A stretch of DNA of 55,027 nucleotides, taken from positions 124,001-179,027 of the forward strand of contig JAPEUD010000053.1 in the NCBI GenBank assembly GCA_026026165.1, written 5' to 3'. Below, one piece after another: positions 1 through 12,894 of the stretch (position 1 is its first letter; each line of letters begins with the position of its first letter). The translations under genes and the position numbers were made by a program. Under the pieces are notes generated by a model. It did no database searches. It had not been told where the DNA came from and saw only the letters and a list, made by a program, of their open reading frames with translations. This DNA is from Sarea resinae. Lineage: Eukaryota.

Positions 1-327
1 TACCAACGCCATGGAGAGTCCAACGTACCTCTGTCGGCGTAACAAGAGGAGGCAGCCGTTCCAGCTTCGCGAGAGCTTTCTCTACTGCTCCACGGTCTTC
101 GTATGTCACATCTTGCTTAATAGGTTTCGTGGTCCAAGCTGTGTGTCGTGTTGATTAGTGAAACTGTGTCCATATCTAGGACCGAAGGTCAAGGAAAGGA
201 GTTGCTCACATGATGGAGACCAATCCTCTGATGTGCTTTGGTGAATGATACCATTGGACGTCCGTAGGGCGGCCGCAATCTCCCCGCTTTTGCTAAGTTG
301 TGGCGGCGAGCTTGCCAATCCAGCCAT
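1..327 (-). CDS. Class II DAHP synthase (phospho-2-dehydro-3-deoxyheptonate aldolase), 5' part; gene runs off the window start
   Basis: Exons 327-210 and 138-29; intron 209-139 (GTGAGC..CTAAT..CAG); next donor GTACGT at 28. Spliced product EDWSPSSWTTKPIKQDVTYEDRGAVEKALAKLERLPPLVTPTE matches the typical class II DAHP synthase N-terminus. The start could lie further upstream. Confidence 0.85.
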
Positions 328-990
328 TGTGGATTGGGAATTTGGTATCTATGGACATGTTAGACTTCCTGGTAAAACGGGCTTCAATGTTATTCAGAGC
401 GAAAAACTTTACGTCCAAATCGAAACAGATCCTCGATGCATGTTGCAGACATATGAAACTTTTGTGCAATAGAGAGAGCGCGCATAAAGCGTCCAATTCC
501 AGAAACTATACAAATCCTCCAAGGTCACATAATTGCAATGAAAACAGCAAGCATGATTTCAATTTGAATGTGAAAGATTGCACAACGGTGCTTTGACTAC
601 CCGAGTGATAATGGAATATGGTTCCCTTGGCATGGTTGGACACAAAAAATATCACACGGAGGTAACCGGAGAAGGAGAAGAATGACCATTTAGGACGATG
701 AAAAGAGGGAAACACCAAGAACGAGTCTCACCTCTTGACAATATATAGTTCGAGGCTATATTATCCAAGACCGTGTCGTGCCGGCTCATTCAAACCCGTG
801 GCAGAAGAGATGGAAAATATGAAGAAAAATTTGGTGTTGAGCAGGTCAATGACTCGAATGATCGCATTTAGAATATCTCAAACCTATCGGCAAATTCCGC
901 CACGACATCACCAGCCCGTCGCCAAATATCAACACCATAAAACGTAGCTTCTTGCCGGGTTCCCTCCATTTACCACGAGACACAGTCAAA

Positions 991-1500
991 ATGGCGGAAC
1001 CACAACCCTCACAGGTCCACGAAGGCGCCACCGGCCCCCGCGCCGCCGAAATCGAAGAAGGCGACGCGGCACAGCCTAAGTCCGCGGAAGATCGCAAAAC
1101 GGCGGCGGCGCTCTCTTCACTTGACGCCCGTGGGGACGACGATGCCGCTACGGGCAAGGAGATCGATACGGAGGCGCTAGGCAAAGCGATGAAGATTCTA
1201 GATGTTGGCGGAAAGGCGGCCAGCGTGAAGAAGACCGTAAAGGATGAAGGAAAGGAGAAGGAGGAGAAGAGAAAAGCTGCGATTAAGGTCAAGGCCGAGG
1301 ATGTGGGGTTTTTGGTAAGTCTGGCGGTTGGAAAGGGAGCCTGGGGGGCAGAGTGGAAAGCAGTCAGAGTACTAATCATCTGTTTCGCTCTTCAGGTCGA
1401 GGAATTGGAATTAACAAAGGCAAAGGCGACTGATCTGTTGAGGGCGAACGATGGGGAGACGGTCAAGGCCCTCAAGGCATTCGTCGCCGCATCTGCTTGA
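991..1500 (+). CDS. HYPK-like protein with C-terminal NAC-alpha-type UBA domain
   Basis: ATG 991; intron 1315-1395 (GTAAGT..CTAAT..CAG). Spliced C-terminus IKVKAEDVGFLVEELELTKAKATDLLRANDGETVKALKAFV is UBA-like, as in HYPK. Confidence 0.8.
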   Translation: MAEPQPSQVHEGATGPRAAEIEEGDAAQPKSAEDRKTAAALSSLDARGDDDAATGKEIDTEALGKAMKILDVGGKAASVKKTVKDEGKEKEEKRKAAIKVKAEDVGFLVSLAVGKGAWGAEWKAVRVLIICFALQVEELELTKAKATDLLRANDGETVKALKAFVAASA

Positions 1501-3530
1501 AGTTGTGGCATCTGCATCACCGAATTTGTCGCATGAATAGGCGCTCTTGCTGGTAATTCTCCATTCTCAAAGGCTTCGACTTCTCGGCACAGGCCTATAA
1601 AGTCGCACGGGTCTGAGCCGAGCTTCCAGAGTGATCCTTGATCTACTACCACCATCTTCACTCGAGCCCCACCCATATCATATGAGCAGAAGTCTTGCAT
1701 AATCATGCTGTCCTTCCCCAAATAAAGATTTCTCTGCATTTACCAGAGGCCTTGGATTCGGTCGCGCCTCGCAGGCATGCTTGGAGACAAGAGCTAGAAA
1801 AACCCTTGGCCTTCGGCACTTGAACGTGTGCCTCGCAAAAGCCGTGTCTTGTCCACTCCCTGGGACGTTGTACGAAGTACAGATTCCGTGGTCACGGAGC
1901 TACAATGGCTAGATATTGCAGCCTCGTGGCGGGCAGAGCACGCGCTCGTAGTCAACTCGCGTCGCCTTTGAAGCCAGGAGAGCATCTCCTGTGCAGTTCC
2001 GCGCAGTCGAGTCGTAGGAGGTAGCTATCCATCAATGGTTGTACAGGGCAGACGCCTCGCAGGAGGCCTTGGACCGCTTCGGCAAGCTCTCCGTGCATCC
2101 TGCAATCGCCTTACGTCCAATGTACCTACATTCCAGAGACTGAGCACGATGTCATGAGGGCAAAATGTGATGGGTTCGGCAGATGGATACGAAAGCCACC
2201 TCCATGTCTGTTCTCCTGGTTGTCCCATTGCCCCATCTTACTCTGTGATATGTCCACTGCCTCTCTACTGCGTAGACGCAGACCGGCAGACAGATTTGGG
2301 ACTACTTGGCCGTGATGGCCGAATTCGCAATGCTTGGACACTTCAAGCTCCAAGATCCAACACGTGAAGCAGCGGCTATCTTCAGCTGATCTGCGTGGGA
2401 TGAAACATGGAATATGCGTGCCTTCGCTGACCGTCTTCGAGAGCATCTTGCCCTTGCGGGTCGGCGGTAAAGACGGGCCGGGCAAGGTCACTACTACGTA
2501 GTACTCACACGAAGGGAGGTCACTTTGCGTGAGAAACACTGCTAGGTAGACCTGTACATTGCAACTCGAATACTCCGGAGTACACGTTCACGACCGCCCG
2601 TTGGGGATGGAGCTAATTCCGGTCAAGCAATACTAGGGATGGAGGTAGCGAGCAGGACTAAGGTCGAAAGAGCAAGTGATTTGCTCTGCAGTCCAATCGA
2701 CGCCCCTGAATGCTTCTCTCTCAGCGCCTCTGTCGACCGATAAGCAGCAGGACGGGGATCGACTGAAGAAAGAACTCGCCAGTGATCTGCGAGATCAACA
2801 GGGCGACGACCCAACTCTTCACTCTCGCTCGTCCGCTGAGGCTCCGGCGGGAAGATGAAACCGCGAACGTGGAGACGCCCCTGAGCCCATCAGGCACACC
2901 CGGTCGGCTCGTCACATTCGACGTCCCTTCGCTCGTCGCGCTCATTCCCGCCCCAGGTCGCGACCGTCGCGCAGAAGGGTACCGTGTACTTTGATGTGCT
3001 CGTTCGATCTGCCATGGCGGCAGGTACTGTGACCTCCTCGACCGACGGGAACGACCTCCCTTGTTCTCTTGTCCCCTTGTTCCCTCGCGGGCCCCGAATG
3101 GTGAGACCGCAGGCTTGAGTGCGTGATGAGAAAGTGATCGGCCGTGGGCGCCTCAATTGCTCCACCAGATTGCAGGAGTAGTATGGCCTGGACGTGAAGA
3201 CTTCTTCTCTTCGCGCTCTGACCTTCCCTTCCCTTTCCTTTTCTCCTTCTTTTATCTCGTCGTCGGCGCCACTCTCTTTGTCTCTTCTGCACGCCTGTCT
3301 TTCCTGTGCCTCGTGTGTGGTCATCTGTCCTTTGTGATAGACTCGTTTTTTCTTTATACAGACGCCAGGTCGTCTGCTCATTCATTTTCCGCATTCAATC
3401 AGAAATCCTCTGTGAGGATCTGCTACGAATTGCTCGCATTCTTTTTAAATAGACCCCTCCGGATACCGATTCGTTCCTTGATCAATTTCCGAGATTATAT
3501 CTGCAAAAAGCGTATCAAACCGTGTCAGAC

Positions 3531-4879
3531 ATGATGTTCATCACCTTCATTTGCGTGGCTCTGTTCATGGCCCTGTTTCATGCTACCGCAACAGTGGCAC
3601 AATCCCCTCCAAAGGCAGTCTTTGCCCATGTCATGGTATGTCTGATGGGTTCGACATCGGGTATGTGCATTATTAACGATCAACTATCCAGGGCGGCAAT
3701 TACGACTCCAACGAATGGCTCGAAGATATTCAACTCGCCAAGGACGCTCATATCGATGCCTTCGCCCTCAACTTCGCTGCCAACTCCCCCGAGCTCATTC
3801 CTTCTTTGACTGCGGCCTACAACGCCGCCAATCAGCTTGGCAACTTCTCCCTCTTCATCTCCTTTGACTACTCCGGCAATGGCCCGTGGGCCGGCCAGAC
3901 CGTTGTCAACACCATCAACCAATTCAAGGACGAGCCTTCCCAGTACCTCGTCGACGGCAAGCCCTTCGTCTCGACCTTTGAAGGCCCCAACAACGCCGCC
4001 GACTGGGGTTGGATCAAATCCCAAGTGCCCATCTACTTTGTTCCCTGCTGGACGTCAGTCGGGCCCGAATTCATCGCCGACAACTCCAATACCGATGGCG
4101 GCTTCTCCTGGAACGCCTGGCCTACCGGCGCCAACGACATGAACACCGAGGGCGACTCGGCCTGGATGTCCGCCCTCGGCTCCAAGCCCTACATGATGCC
4201 CGTCTCGCCCTGGTTCTTCACGGACCTGCCGTCGTACGACAAGAACTGGCTCTGGCGCGGCGACGATCTCTGGTATGACCGCTGGCAGCAAGTGCTCGAG
4301 ATGGACCCGCCCATGGTCGAGATCATCTCGTGGAACGACGTCGGCGAGTCCCACAACATCGGCCCGATCCGCCAGTCGGGCGTGCCCACGGACGGCTCCT
4401 GGTACATCGACGACATGCCGCACGACGACTGGCGCCGCACGCTGCCGTACTGGATCGACGCCTACAAATCCGGCAACACGACGCAGCCCACGGTCGCCAA
4501 CGACACCATGTCGTACTGGTACCGGCTGACGCCCGTCGAGGCGTGCTCGGACTCGCAGGGCACCACGGGCGGCGACACCGCCTACGAGGCCTCCGTCAAC
4601 CCCGACAATGTCGTGCAGGACAAGATCTTCCTGGACGCGCTGGTCACGGCGGCCGCCGACGTGTCCGTGCAGGTCGGCTCCAACTCGCCCACCTCGCTGC
4701 GCGCCCTCCACGCCGGCGTCAATCACTTCTCCGTGCCGTTCAACGGCCAGACCGGCAATGTCACGTTCACCATCAGTCGCAACGGCGCCACCGTGGTCTC
4801 GGGCACCGGACCCGCCATCTCGACCGATTGTCCCCAAGGCGGCAAGACGAACTTTAATGCCTACGTTGGCGGGTGCTGA
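3531..4879 (+). CDS. Secreted GH71 alpha-1,3-glucanase (mutanase)
   Basis: Signal peptide then KAVFAHVM; intron 3636-3691; motifs HIDAFALN, LFISFDY, GKPFVSTFEG, YMMPVSPWF, KNWLWRGDDLW, EIISWNDxGESH. Confidence 0.95.
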
Positions 4880-6063
4880 GGCGCCCATCGTGCCCATCGC
4901 GCCCATCGTACTGATACGCGCTCCTCGGGGAGGATGCGTGTATTGCCATGTCTTGTCCTTTTTGTGGGGGGTGGGAAGGGGGGGTGAGGCATCTAGTTTC
5001 CACCATTTCTCAAGCAGTGCCATGCAACCCCAGAAACCTTCTGGCGACCTATCTCTGCACGCATGCATCCTAGCGCCCACCCGCCACGAGAACCCTTCTC
5101 TTCACTTCTTTTCTTTCATTGATTCTTTCAATTTTTCATTCATTCATTCAACCACGCGCACTCTTTCCCACCCTTCCACCACACCACACCCTCGATCGCC
5201 GTCCGTCCGTCCGCCCGTCTATCAGTCCGTTTGTTTGTTTGTCCGTCTATCTGCCTCGACCGTCTCAACTCGACCCACCTCTTCGCGAAGGAACAAAGAA
5301 ATGGAGATGGGAGGAGCAGACTACGTTGATCGTTGTCCCCCTCTCTCCCTCTTTCACTCATCCACACCCACACCCACACATAGACAGTGCCCCCCTCCCA
5401 GACAAACAGCCACAGAACAGACACCCCGAACCAGAAACGGTCGCTAGGCCTCTCCTTCTGCTTCTCCTCCTTGGACTGCTCCTCGGACTGCTCCTTTACG
5501 ACATCAACGTCGGCTTCGACTCGCCATCTCTCGTTCCCCTTCCCTTCCCTCTGCTTCCATTCCATGTAGATAAAATGGTCCTCTTCTCTTCTCTTTTCTC
5601 TTCTTTTCGGTTTTTTTTTTCTTTCTTGGGCGATCGATTCCAACCTGGCTCGGTGTCTTTTTTCGGGGGAGTGGGGGCTTTTTTTTTGTGGTATAGAAAA
5701 CGGGGAACGAGGGGGCGGGGGCGATTGGATTGGATAGAAGGTTTTCCTGGGCCGGGAGGTGTTGGGGGGGAAGGAGGGGGGACGTTCGGGCGCGGGTACG
5801 ATGATGAGGGCTACGACGTCGAGAACTACGATCCTCCGTCGGGTGCCTTGGCTGGTGATTGGTGATTGGTGATGGCTGTTTTGAAGGCGAGAGGGAGTGA
5901 GAGATGTATACGTTTATAAATAAATGTGAAGTATGGATATCGATATCGAATATATGGTTTCATACCCATCCATGTCTATCTATCCACATATCCATTCATC
6001 TACTCGTCCATCCATCCATCGCTAGCTAGGACTTATGATTTCGCAATCACCAGTGGAACAAGG

Positions 6064-7663
6064 TCATAAGTCTCTCCTCGGAAGCGGGACTCCCTTCCTG
6101 ATCAACGACGTCCTCCTGCCGGCACCCATGCCGCCCCTCTTGACCAGCCTCGCAAGCGCGACCTCGGCAGCCGTAGCAGGGAGGCCCCCGAACTGGCTCC
6201 CGGGACCGAAATCGGGCTCCCCGCCCAGCGAGCCAAAGATATCGCCAATGTAGTTGCGCGGCGCGACGCCGCCCTGGAAGCCGACACGGACGCCGAGGCC
6301 CTGGGCCGAGGCCCAGCCGTCGACGATGCCGCGCACCACGCGCACGCCGGCGAGGTAGATGTTCTGGATGGCGGGCTCGAAGCCGCCCTGGTCGGCGTAC
6401 AGGAGGTTGTCGGGGGCGCTCTGGCCGGGGTAGGGCCGGTCGAAGTCCGACGCCGTGCGCATGACGATGATGCGGGAGAAGTCGACCAGGCCCGTGGTGG
6501 CAGAGGTGCTGCCGGAGGCCGCTTTGGCTGCGGGTGAGAGCGCGGCCCGGAGGAGAGCCTCCAGCGTCGCGTTGTCTTCCTGCGCCGTCGTGCAGTACGT
6601 GCCGGACCCGTTCGTGAGAAGCGACGTATAGTTCCCGAAGCCCGACGAGAGGATCGTGCCGCTGTAGTAGACGTCCGAAGTCGCTACGTCGCAGGCATGC
6701 ACCGAGGGCGGTTTGGTAGCGGCGGCGTAGGCGGTGTCAGGAGTGTAGTGTTTGCGGTAGGCCGCGGCTGTGGTGGAGTCGTTTAGGGAAGCCGTTGAGG
6801 CCAGGGCTATAGCCTTGATGCGCCGAGGCTAGTCAGGAGATTGCGGCTTTCTCGTTTGGGGAGGAGGGAAAATAGATGAGAGAAGGAGATGAGAGGAAAG
6901 CGCGGTCGGCAACAGAAGCAAAGAAACTCACAATATCTCTCAGATTCTCATTGACCTCAAACACCTCGGTGCCGTAGATACTCTGCGGATATTCATTCGG
7001 CGAGTCCGAGCCCTGGGGTATATACCCCCACGTATAATTGGCCGGCAGGTCGCGCTGGTCGAACTCGTACTGCAGAGCGACTTGCACGGCATATTTGGCA
7101 AAGGTGACGGAACCAAGCGTAGCGACCTCTGGATTGACGCCGGCGATGCCGGCGATGAGGAAATACGTCGTCGTGAGGTCGAACTTTGGGGAGGCGACGA
7201 GCGAGGAGATGGTCACGGCAGCGTTGATTTCTGTGGTTCATCTTCGATTAGCTAGATCATTCTCTCATATATGCAGAAGGAGAGAGAGAAGCTTACCAGA
7301 CTCTCCGGTCGTCAATTGGCAGATGTCGCCGTCGGCCGTGCAGTGCGCGTCCGGGAACAACGGCGAGAAGCCAGGCACGGTGATGTTGTTCGCCAACACG
7401 TCGAATTCGGGGATTCCGTACCACTGCTCCGCTTCTGGGGTGAACTGGTTGCAGGGTCGGTCAATTGAGCAGGTTCGCGATTAATCGCAAGGGCCAATCG
7501 AGAAATATACCATGCTGATGATGAACACCTTGGGCTTAATCTTGCCATTGTCTCTCGAAGCGAGCAGCGATCTGCCGGGCACTGCTGCTGCGACTGTCGT
7601 CGCCGAGATCAAAACAGTCGCCGCCAGCAACTGGCTTGCAGCGAACGTGGTGGGGAAGCGCAT
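6064..7663 (-). CDS. Purine nucleoside permease (NUP family), signal peptide-bearing
   Basis: Exons 7663-7511, 7444-7297, 7230-6932, 6813-6064. Motifs IKPKVFIISMF, CQLTTGESEINAA, YFLIAGIAGVNP, YCTTAQEDNATLE, RIIVMRTASDFDRP. Confidence 0.92.
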
Positions 7664-8597
7664 CTTCGCAACTGCAAGGCTTCAAACGAGACCGACAGAG
7701 AGATGAGACGGAGTGAGAAGAGCATCAAGGATGTCCATCGCGACTCGTCGATCGGCTTTTGTAGGTGGACGATCATGCCCAGCCGCACGCATGGGGTCCA
7801 CGCGATCGGCCGACGGCGGTGTCCATGGGCGTTGTGATTGACTACCTGATTAACCCTGCCGCAGCAGCTGCACCGAGAGTGTGGAGTAAGAGGTATGTAG
7901 CCTGTGGGATGTGTACTCCGTACGCTGTACGGAGTAGCAAGGCAGCAACCAAGTCTTGGCTCGGAGCTCACCCCTGCAAGGCAGATACTATGTATGTAGG
8001 GGACGGAGGAGGTAGGTCGGCGGGTCAGGAACCGGTCGATTCCCAACCCCGTCCATCGGTCAATCATGGCACATGAAGCTCTTTTCCCTTGTCTCCTTGC
8101 TCTCTCGAGCGATTGCAGAAAAGCCCGTCGACGGCAGGTCGAAAGGGAGATATGGCGCCCTTGGATTCTCATTTGTCGGGGTGCTGCATAATGTAGTCGC
8201 ACACCTTATCTGTGTTGTCGTTGCGGCGGCCCGAATCTTGGGAGCCCTCGGCTGTCATCACTTGCCTAGAAGGGCCAAGGCCCGACAGCTCGCCCGTCCT
8301 GATCCCTGCCGATCCCGCATTCCTCCACCACTTTGGACTTGATCGTCTCACCGATACGAGAAAACGATGATACACCATCGCTCTGGGCTAACTTCCACGT
8401 GGGGATTTCTACCATCCGAAGATGTTGCGTGCTCACGTTCTCTTGCGATTTAGGTAATCCACCCCTCTCCTGAAGCATGCGCGCCGACAGAACAAATTCG
8501 TCACGGAGCCTAAGTGGGGAAGAAGATTTGTAGAGAACAGAGCGAAATGCCGCAGAGATCCTCCTCCCATAGATGACCGCGCTTGGCCTGAATCGCC

Positions 8598-10797
8598 TCA
8601 AAGCGCCTCCCAAGCCGCCCCCTTCGGCATGCATAGCACATCCCACCGACTTGCTAGGAAAAGAACCGTCATATGGACCACAAGAAGTAAGATAGTCCCG
8701 CTATGTCCAAAATCCACAACACCCAGATCGAAAAGCGCCAGCAAGAGTAGCGGATAAGTGACCCATGGGCTCGTCGCTTGCGGGGAGCATGGCCTAGTCA
8801 CCGAAACGACCTTCAAGAAGAACAAGACGCCTCTTGTAGCTTCAGCAACGACAGAATTTGCCATGGGAGTTCGCCATATTGACGGGTTCGTAGGTGGGCC
8901 CATCAGTCGCGGCGTCGGAGGGGTCATTGTCGGAGAAGGAAACTTGGCTGGTCGAGGGCGAAGAACAAGACTCGAGCCATTTGGGCTGGCGCCTCCATCG
9001 GCATCTACCTCGCGAGTAGGGAGATTCTCCTTGTCGTCTTCCTTGGGGAAGGACCGTAGCCTTAACTTGGATGGGCCCGGTCTGGTGAAGGCGGAGGATG
9101 CTGTCGCTTGGGTATCGGGATTCCTTTCGTTGGGAGTGCTGGGCGACGGACTATCCAATCGTGTGATACGCGCATCGGAACGGATATCCTCAAAGATACG
9201 GCTCGACGGCCCATGAGCGTAGCCGCTCGTATCCTCCATGCCTGTCCCTGTTTTGATCCCCTGAAGAATGTCATCAGCACTGGGTCGCTGATTGGGATCG
9301 ACAGAAAGCAGACGCCGAAGAAATCTGTAAAGCTTCTCGGGCAAGTCAGTCCGGACACGTCTGTTATCATCGAAGCCGCTCCAGGCGGTTATCTCTTCGC
9401 GCAATTGTTCGAGATCCTCTTCTTCTTCGTTGATGTCGTCAGAATTACTATAAGGTAATCGACCAAAGCACATGAAATAGAGGATCATGCCGAGAGAAAA
9501 TATATCTGACTTGGTCGTGAAGTTACCGAAAACACCGCCTGGTCGATCGCGTCGTAATACCTCGGGAGCACAGTAAGAGATCGTCCCTGTGGCACCAGTA
9601 GACTTTCGTGCCATGTTCTCTACCTGGACTTCTCCAAAGTCACTGAGGAGGACCTTCATTTCCTTGCCCGTGTTATGCAGAAGACAATTGCTAGGTTTGA
9701 GATCGCGATGTATGTAGCCATTCGCGTGGAGATGACTGAGCCCAGAAGTGATGTCTCGGAAGAAAGAGTAAATTTCCTCAAAGCTCAAGCGTTTTGGGCC
9801 CTGTAGATTCTGCGGCGGCTCGGGCTGGCCTTTTGATCGCCGTCGTAACCGTTCCTTGAGCTGTTGTGTCGTAGATGTGGTTTTAGCAGACTGATATATA
9901 TAGCGGTGTAGATCGCCGGCATTGCAATACTGCTGCAGGATGAAGGCGCATGGTACGCTGGGACCGAAGTTTGTCAACTTGACGTCTTCTAGCCATACAT
10001 GGCGATAGGAGACCAGGTTCGGATGAGAGAGATGTTGTAGCAATTGTACTTCCATGAGGACCTTCTCCAGCCACTCGTGGTCGTCTCCAACAGGGACTCT
10101 CTTGCAGGCGAAATGCCCCAGCGTCACTCCATCCAAGACATGTTTGACCAACAGGACTACGCCCTTGCCACCTCGACCGAGCTCTCCTTCCTCTATGAAG
10201 AACCTCTTGAAGTAATTTGGACTGAAAGCTGCTGACGAGATCCCATGGGGTGGAGGCGGTGCAGCGGGAGTGCTTCCGATAAATTCGGCACCGGCAGGGG
10301 GACGTGTAGGGGTTTCCGTACCATCGGGGATCAGTTGGGCCAATCTTCCTTGTGGGGTCAACGGGGTTGATGATCCTGTCGACTCGGGCGAGCTGTGGTG
10401 GAGCATGCGAAAATATTCGTTGCTTATGAAGGACGTGTCGACAGCAGGGCTAGGCCCGCGCTGGGTTCGGCTGGAAGAAGTCTCGTGCTCTGTCCGTAGA
10501 GGTCGGTGACAGTAGGGACAATTCGAGAGTGGCTCGACGGTGTCTGGTTTGGTATTGGAGGCATCCCGTAGGATGAGATGTCTGGATTCGGGATCGTAGA
10601 CCACCACAGCATCGTTGTGACGCCTGTAAGAAGGCAGAGATGTGATCGTCAGTCGTCAGGTTCGCACTTTGCGGTACGCATTCAAAAGAGCCTTCAGCAA
10701 TTGGTGAAACAGAGAAACGGAAAACATACAAGACGACCTCACCGTGGGAGGTGTAAGGTATGAGAGACAGATTGCCGTGCGAATCGTCATCGGCCAT
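8598..10797 (-). CDS. IKS1: IKS1-family Ser/Thr protein kinase with hydrophobic C-terminus
   Basis: ATG 10797; intron 10729-10624. Kinase motifs LGRGGKGVV, FACKRVPVGDDHEWLEKVL, IHRDLKPSN, SDFGE, GTISYCAPE; N-terminal CPYC. Confidence 0.9.
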
Positions 10798-12840
10798 GCT
10801 TGATACTGCTATCTCAGTCTGACCCGGCCCGTGTGACAAGCTACGGAAAACTGGAAGGAGACATCAAGGGCGAGCGAAGAATCGAAGGATCATCGAGCTC
10901 GTCGGGTTCCTCTTATGGACCTGTATCCAGAATATTCAATGCCAGATCAAGATCATAAGCAGCTGCTGGATGAATGCGTGTCGTGTTGTGCATGTGGTGG
11001 GTTTCAGGCCACTTCTACTCCCACTTTACGTCCCCGGTCCCCGCAGTCCGAGGTCCCGCACGGTGCACCAGGCGAGCGACGTACCCGTAGTTTATTTTGG
11101 CCGATGATGAAGTTGGATGCACTCAGATCGGAAAAGAAAAGACAGCATAGTAGTATCGGAACAGCGGAATCATGAAGGCTGCTTCCAGGGCCAGGTAGGT
11201 CTGCGGTTTACGATGGGTACTTACGGAGGGCAGGGCAGGAGCTGGCCGTTCCAAATCAGAGGTTGCCGGCACTGCACCAACAGAGTGAGGTGGACGAATA
11301 CCTTATGGAATCCACCTCGATCAATGACCTCTCGACGAATGACATCATCGCAACTGACAATAAAGATGCTCGACGAGCAGCTCTTCTTTGGTGCGTGCCG
11401 AGAGTGTTCGTGTTGCCTGCGAGGCGGGCCCTTGAATCTATCTGAAAGAAAGATCTTGTACTAACGATTAAGCTCTAGCTGGACATGGAGCAGAGAGTGA
11501 GAGTAGGTATGCCCGGCAGATGGCAAGCGCAACGACGTATGTCACCATTCAGTGGCTGGCACAGGAAAGAGGACTCCGTACATCATCGTCCAGATGATCT
11601 ATCAGAAGACGACATTGTGCTTCTCTCGTGGGCACATCAGTGCCGCTTGATGTCAGGGCGTCACGAGGGAGCAGGTAGGTACCTAGGCAGCGTGATAGGG
11701 CATGGGGGCAGGGCATCCTCCTGCAGTATGGCCTAGGACTGCGCCAGACTCTGACGTTGTGATTGATCATCGCTACCGGGCTCCACTACGAATCAGGCGT
11801 GGGAAAGCACCCGACTGGTGTTTTGAGGCATCGGGGTCAGGCCAAGGTCTTCCGTATGTCAATGGCACGAAGATGCAGAAGCCGAGAGCAGAGAAGAAGG
11901 CAAAAGCCAAGGCGCTGATGGCCCGTCGTGGTGCTGCAAGGAGAGCAAAGCGGCATCCATGATCCATATCAATCTGCGCCGTCATGCGATGCGGCACGAT
12001 ACTCTGCGAGACCATGACCGGATCCGTACTCTGTACCGAGCTCGGACGCGGTACACTGTCCTCGCGGTCAGTACTCAGTACCCGGAAGGTCAGGTAAACA
12101 TGATCCATCCACTATGATGTGTGGTCGTGCCGAGACTTACGCATCTCAGGCTCAGACTTACGGAGTACATATGCCAGCTTGGTTGGCCATGCCCACTGGG
12201 CTGCCCTGCTCTCCCTCTCCCACACTGCCACACTGCCACCCTCCCACTCCCGTCTTGAGCTCACATTGATTGTCTCGCTTGCACCAGCACCAGCAGAAGC
12301 AGAATGGCAATATGGATGGCATTTGATCCATGTGCATTGCTTCGTCTCATGGATATCCCCATGGTCTCTCTCTCTCTCTCTCTGTGACATGCGACGCCGT
12401 CCATGTTCACGGTTCGGCGTCCTGGCATCGCGCCAGATACCATGTACTATGAGTAGGCACGGTATGATGATCCATCATCTGTGCGAGCTATCCGTTCTCA
12501 GGTAGACGGATCGATCTCTGCCCGTCTGCCAGGTCAGGTGTGTCCACTACGAGTACGACTCCGTCCTCTGCTGCTGCGTACTGCGTACACGCGAGTGCAG
12601 GCATGTCGAGCAGTGTCGAAACGAGACGCTCATGCCTCTTGGATGTTCCCTCTCCCGCAGAAGGACGGATGATCATGCCCTCAACTTGGCCGCCTCGTCT
12701 GGCCTAGACCCTCCTCCCCTCCTCGCCCTCTTCTCCTCCACATCCTTTGGTTCTCCGTGCTCCTCCGGCCGACAAGGGCAGAGGGCCAACTACCCTACCT
12801 CTCGACTCTACCTCTCTACCTCTTCTACCTCGTCCTTCTA

Positions 12841-12894
12841 CTCTACTCTGCTTTGCTCTGCTCTGCTCTGCTCTGCTCTGCTCTGCTCTGCTCT
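12841..12894. repeat. (CTCTG)n pentanucleotide microsatellite
   Basis: Seven perfect copies at 12856-12890 with degenerate flanks. Confidence 0.95.

Noticed and set aside
1501..3530. Several overlapping ORFs of 60-165 aa upstream of the GH71 gene
   Set aside because: No recognisable domain or coherent splice model; composition fits promoter/UTR DNA.
4055..5080. 341-aa antisense ORF over the GH71 gene (likewise 17025-18107, 50885-51958, 53597-54201)
   Set aside because: Shadow ORFs produced by GC3-biased codons of real genes on the other strand; no protein-like motifs.
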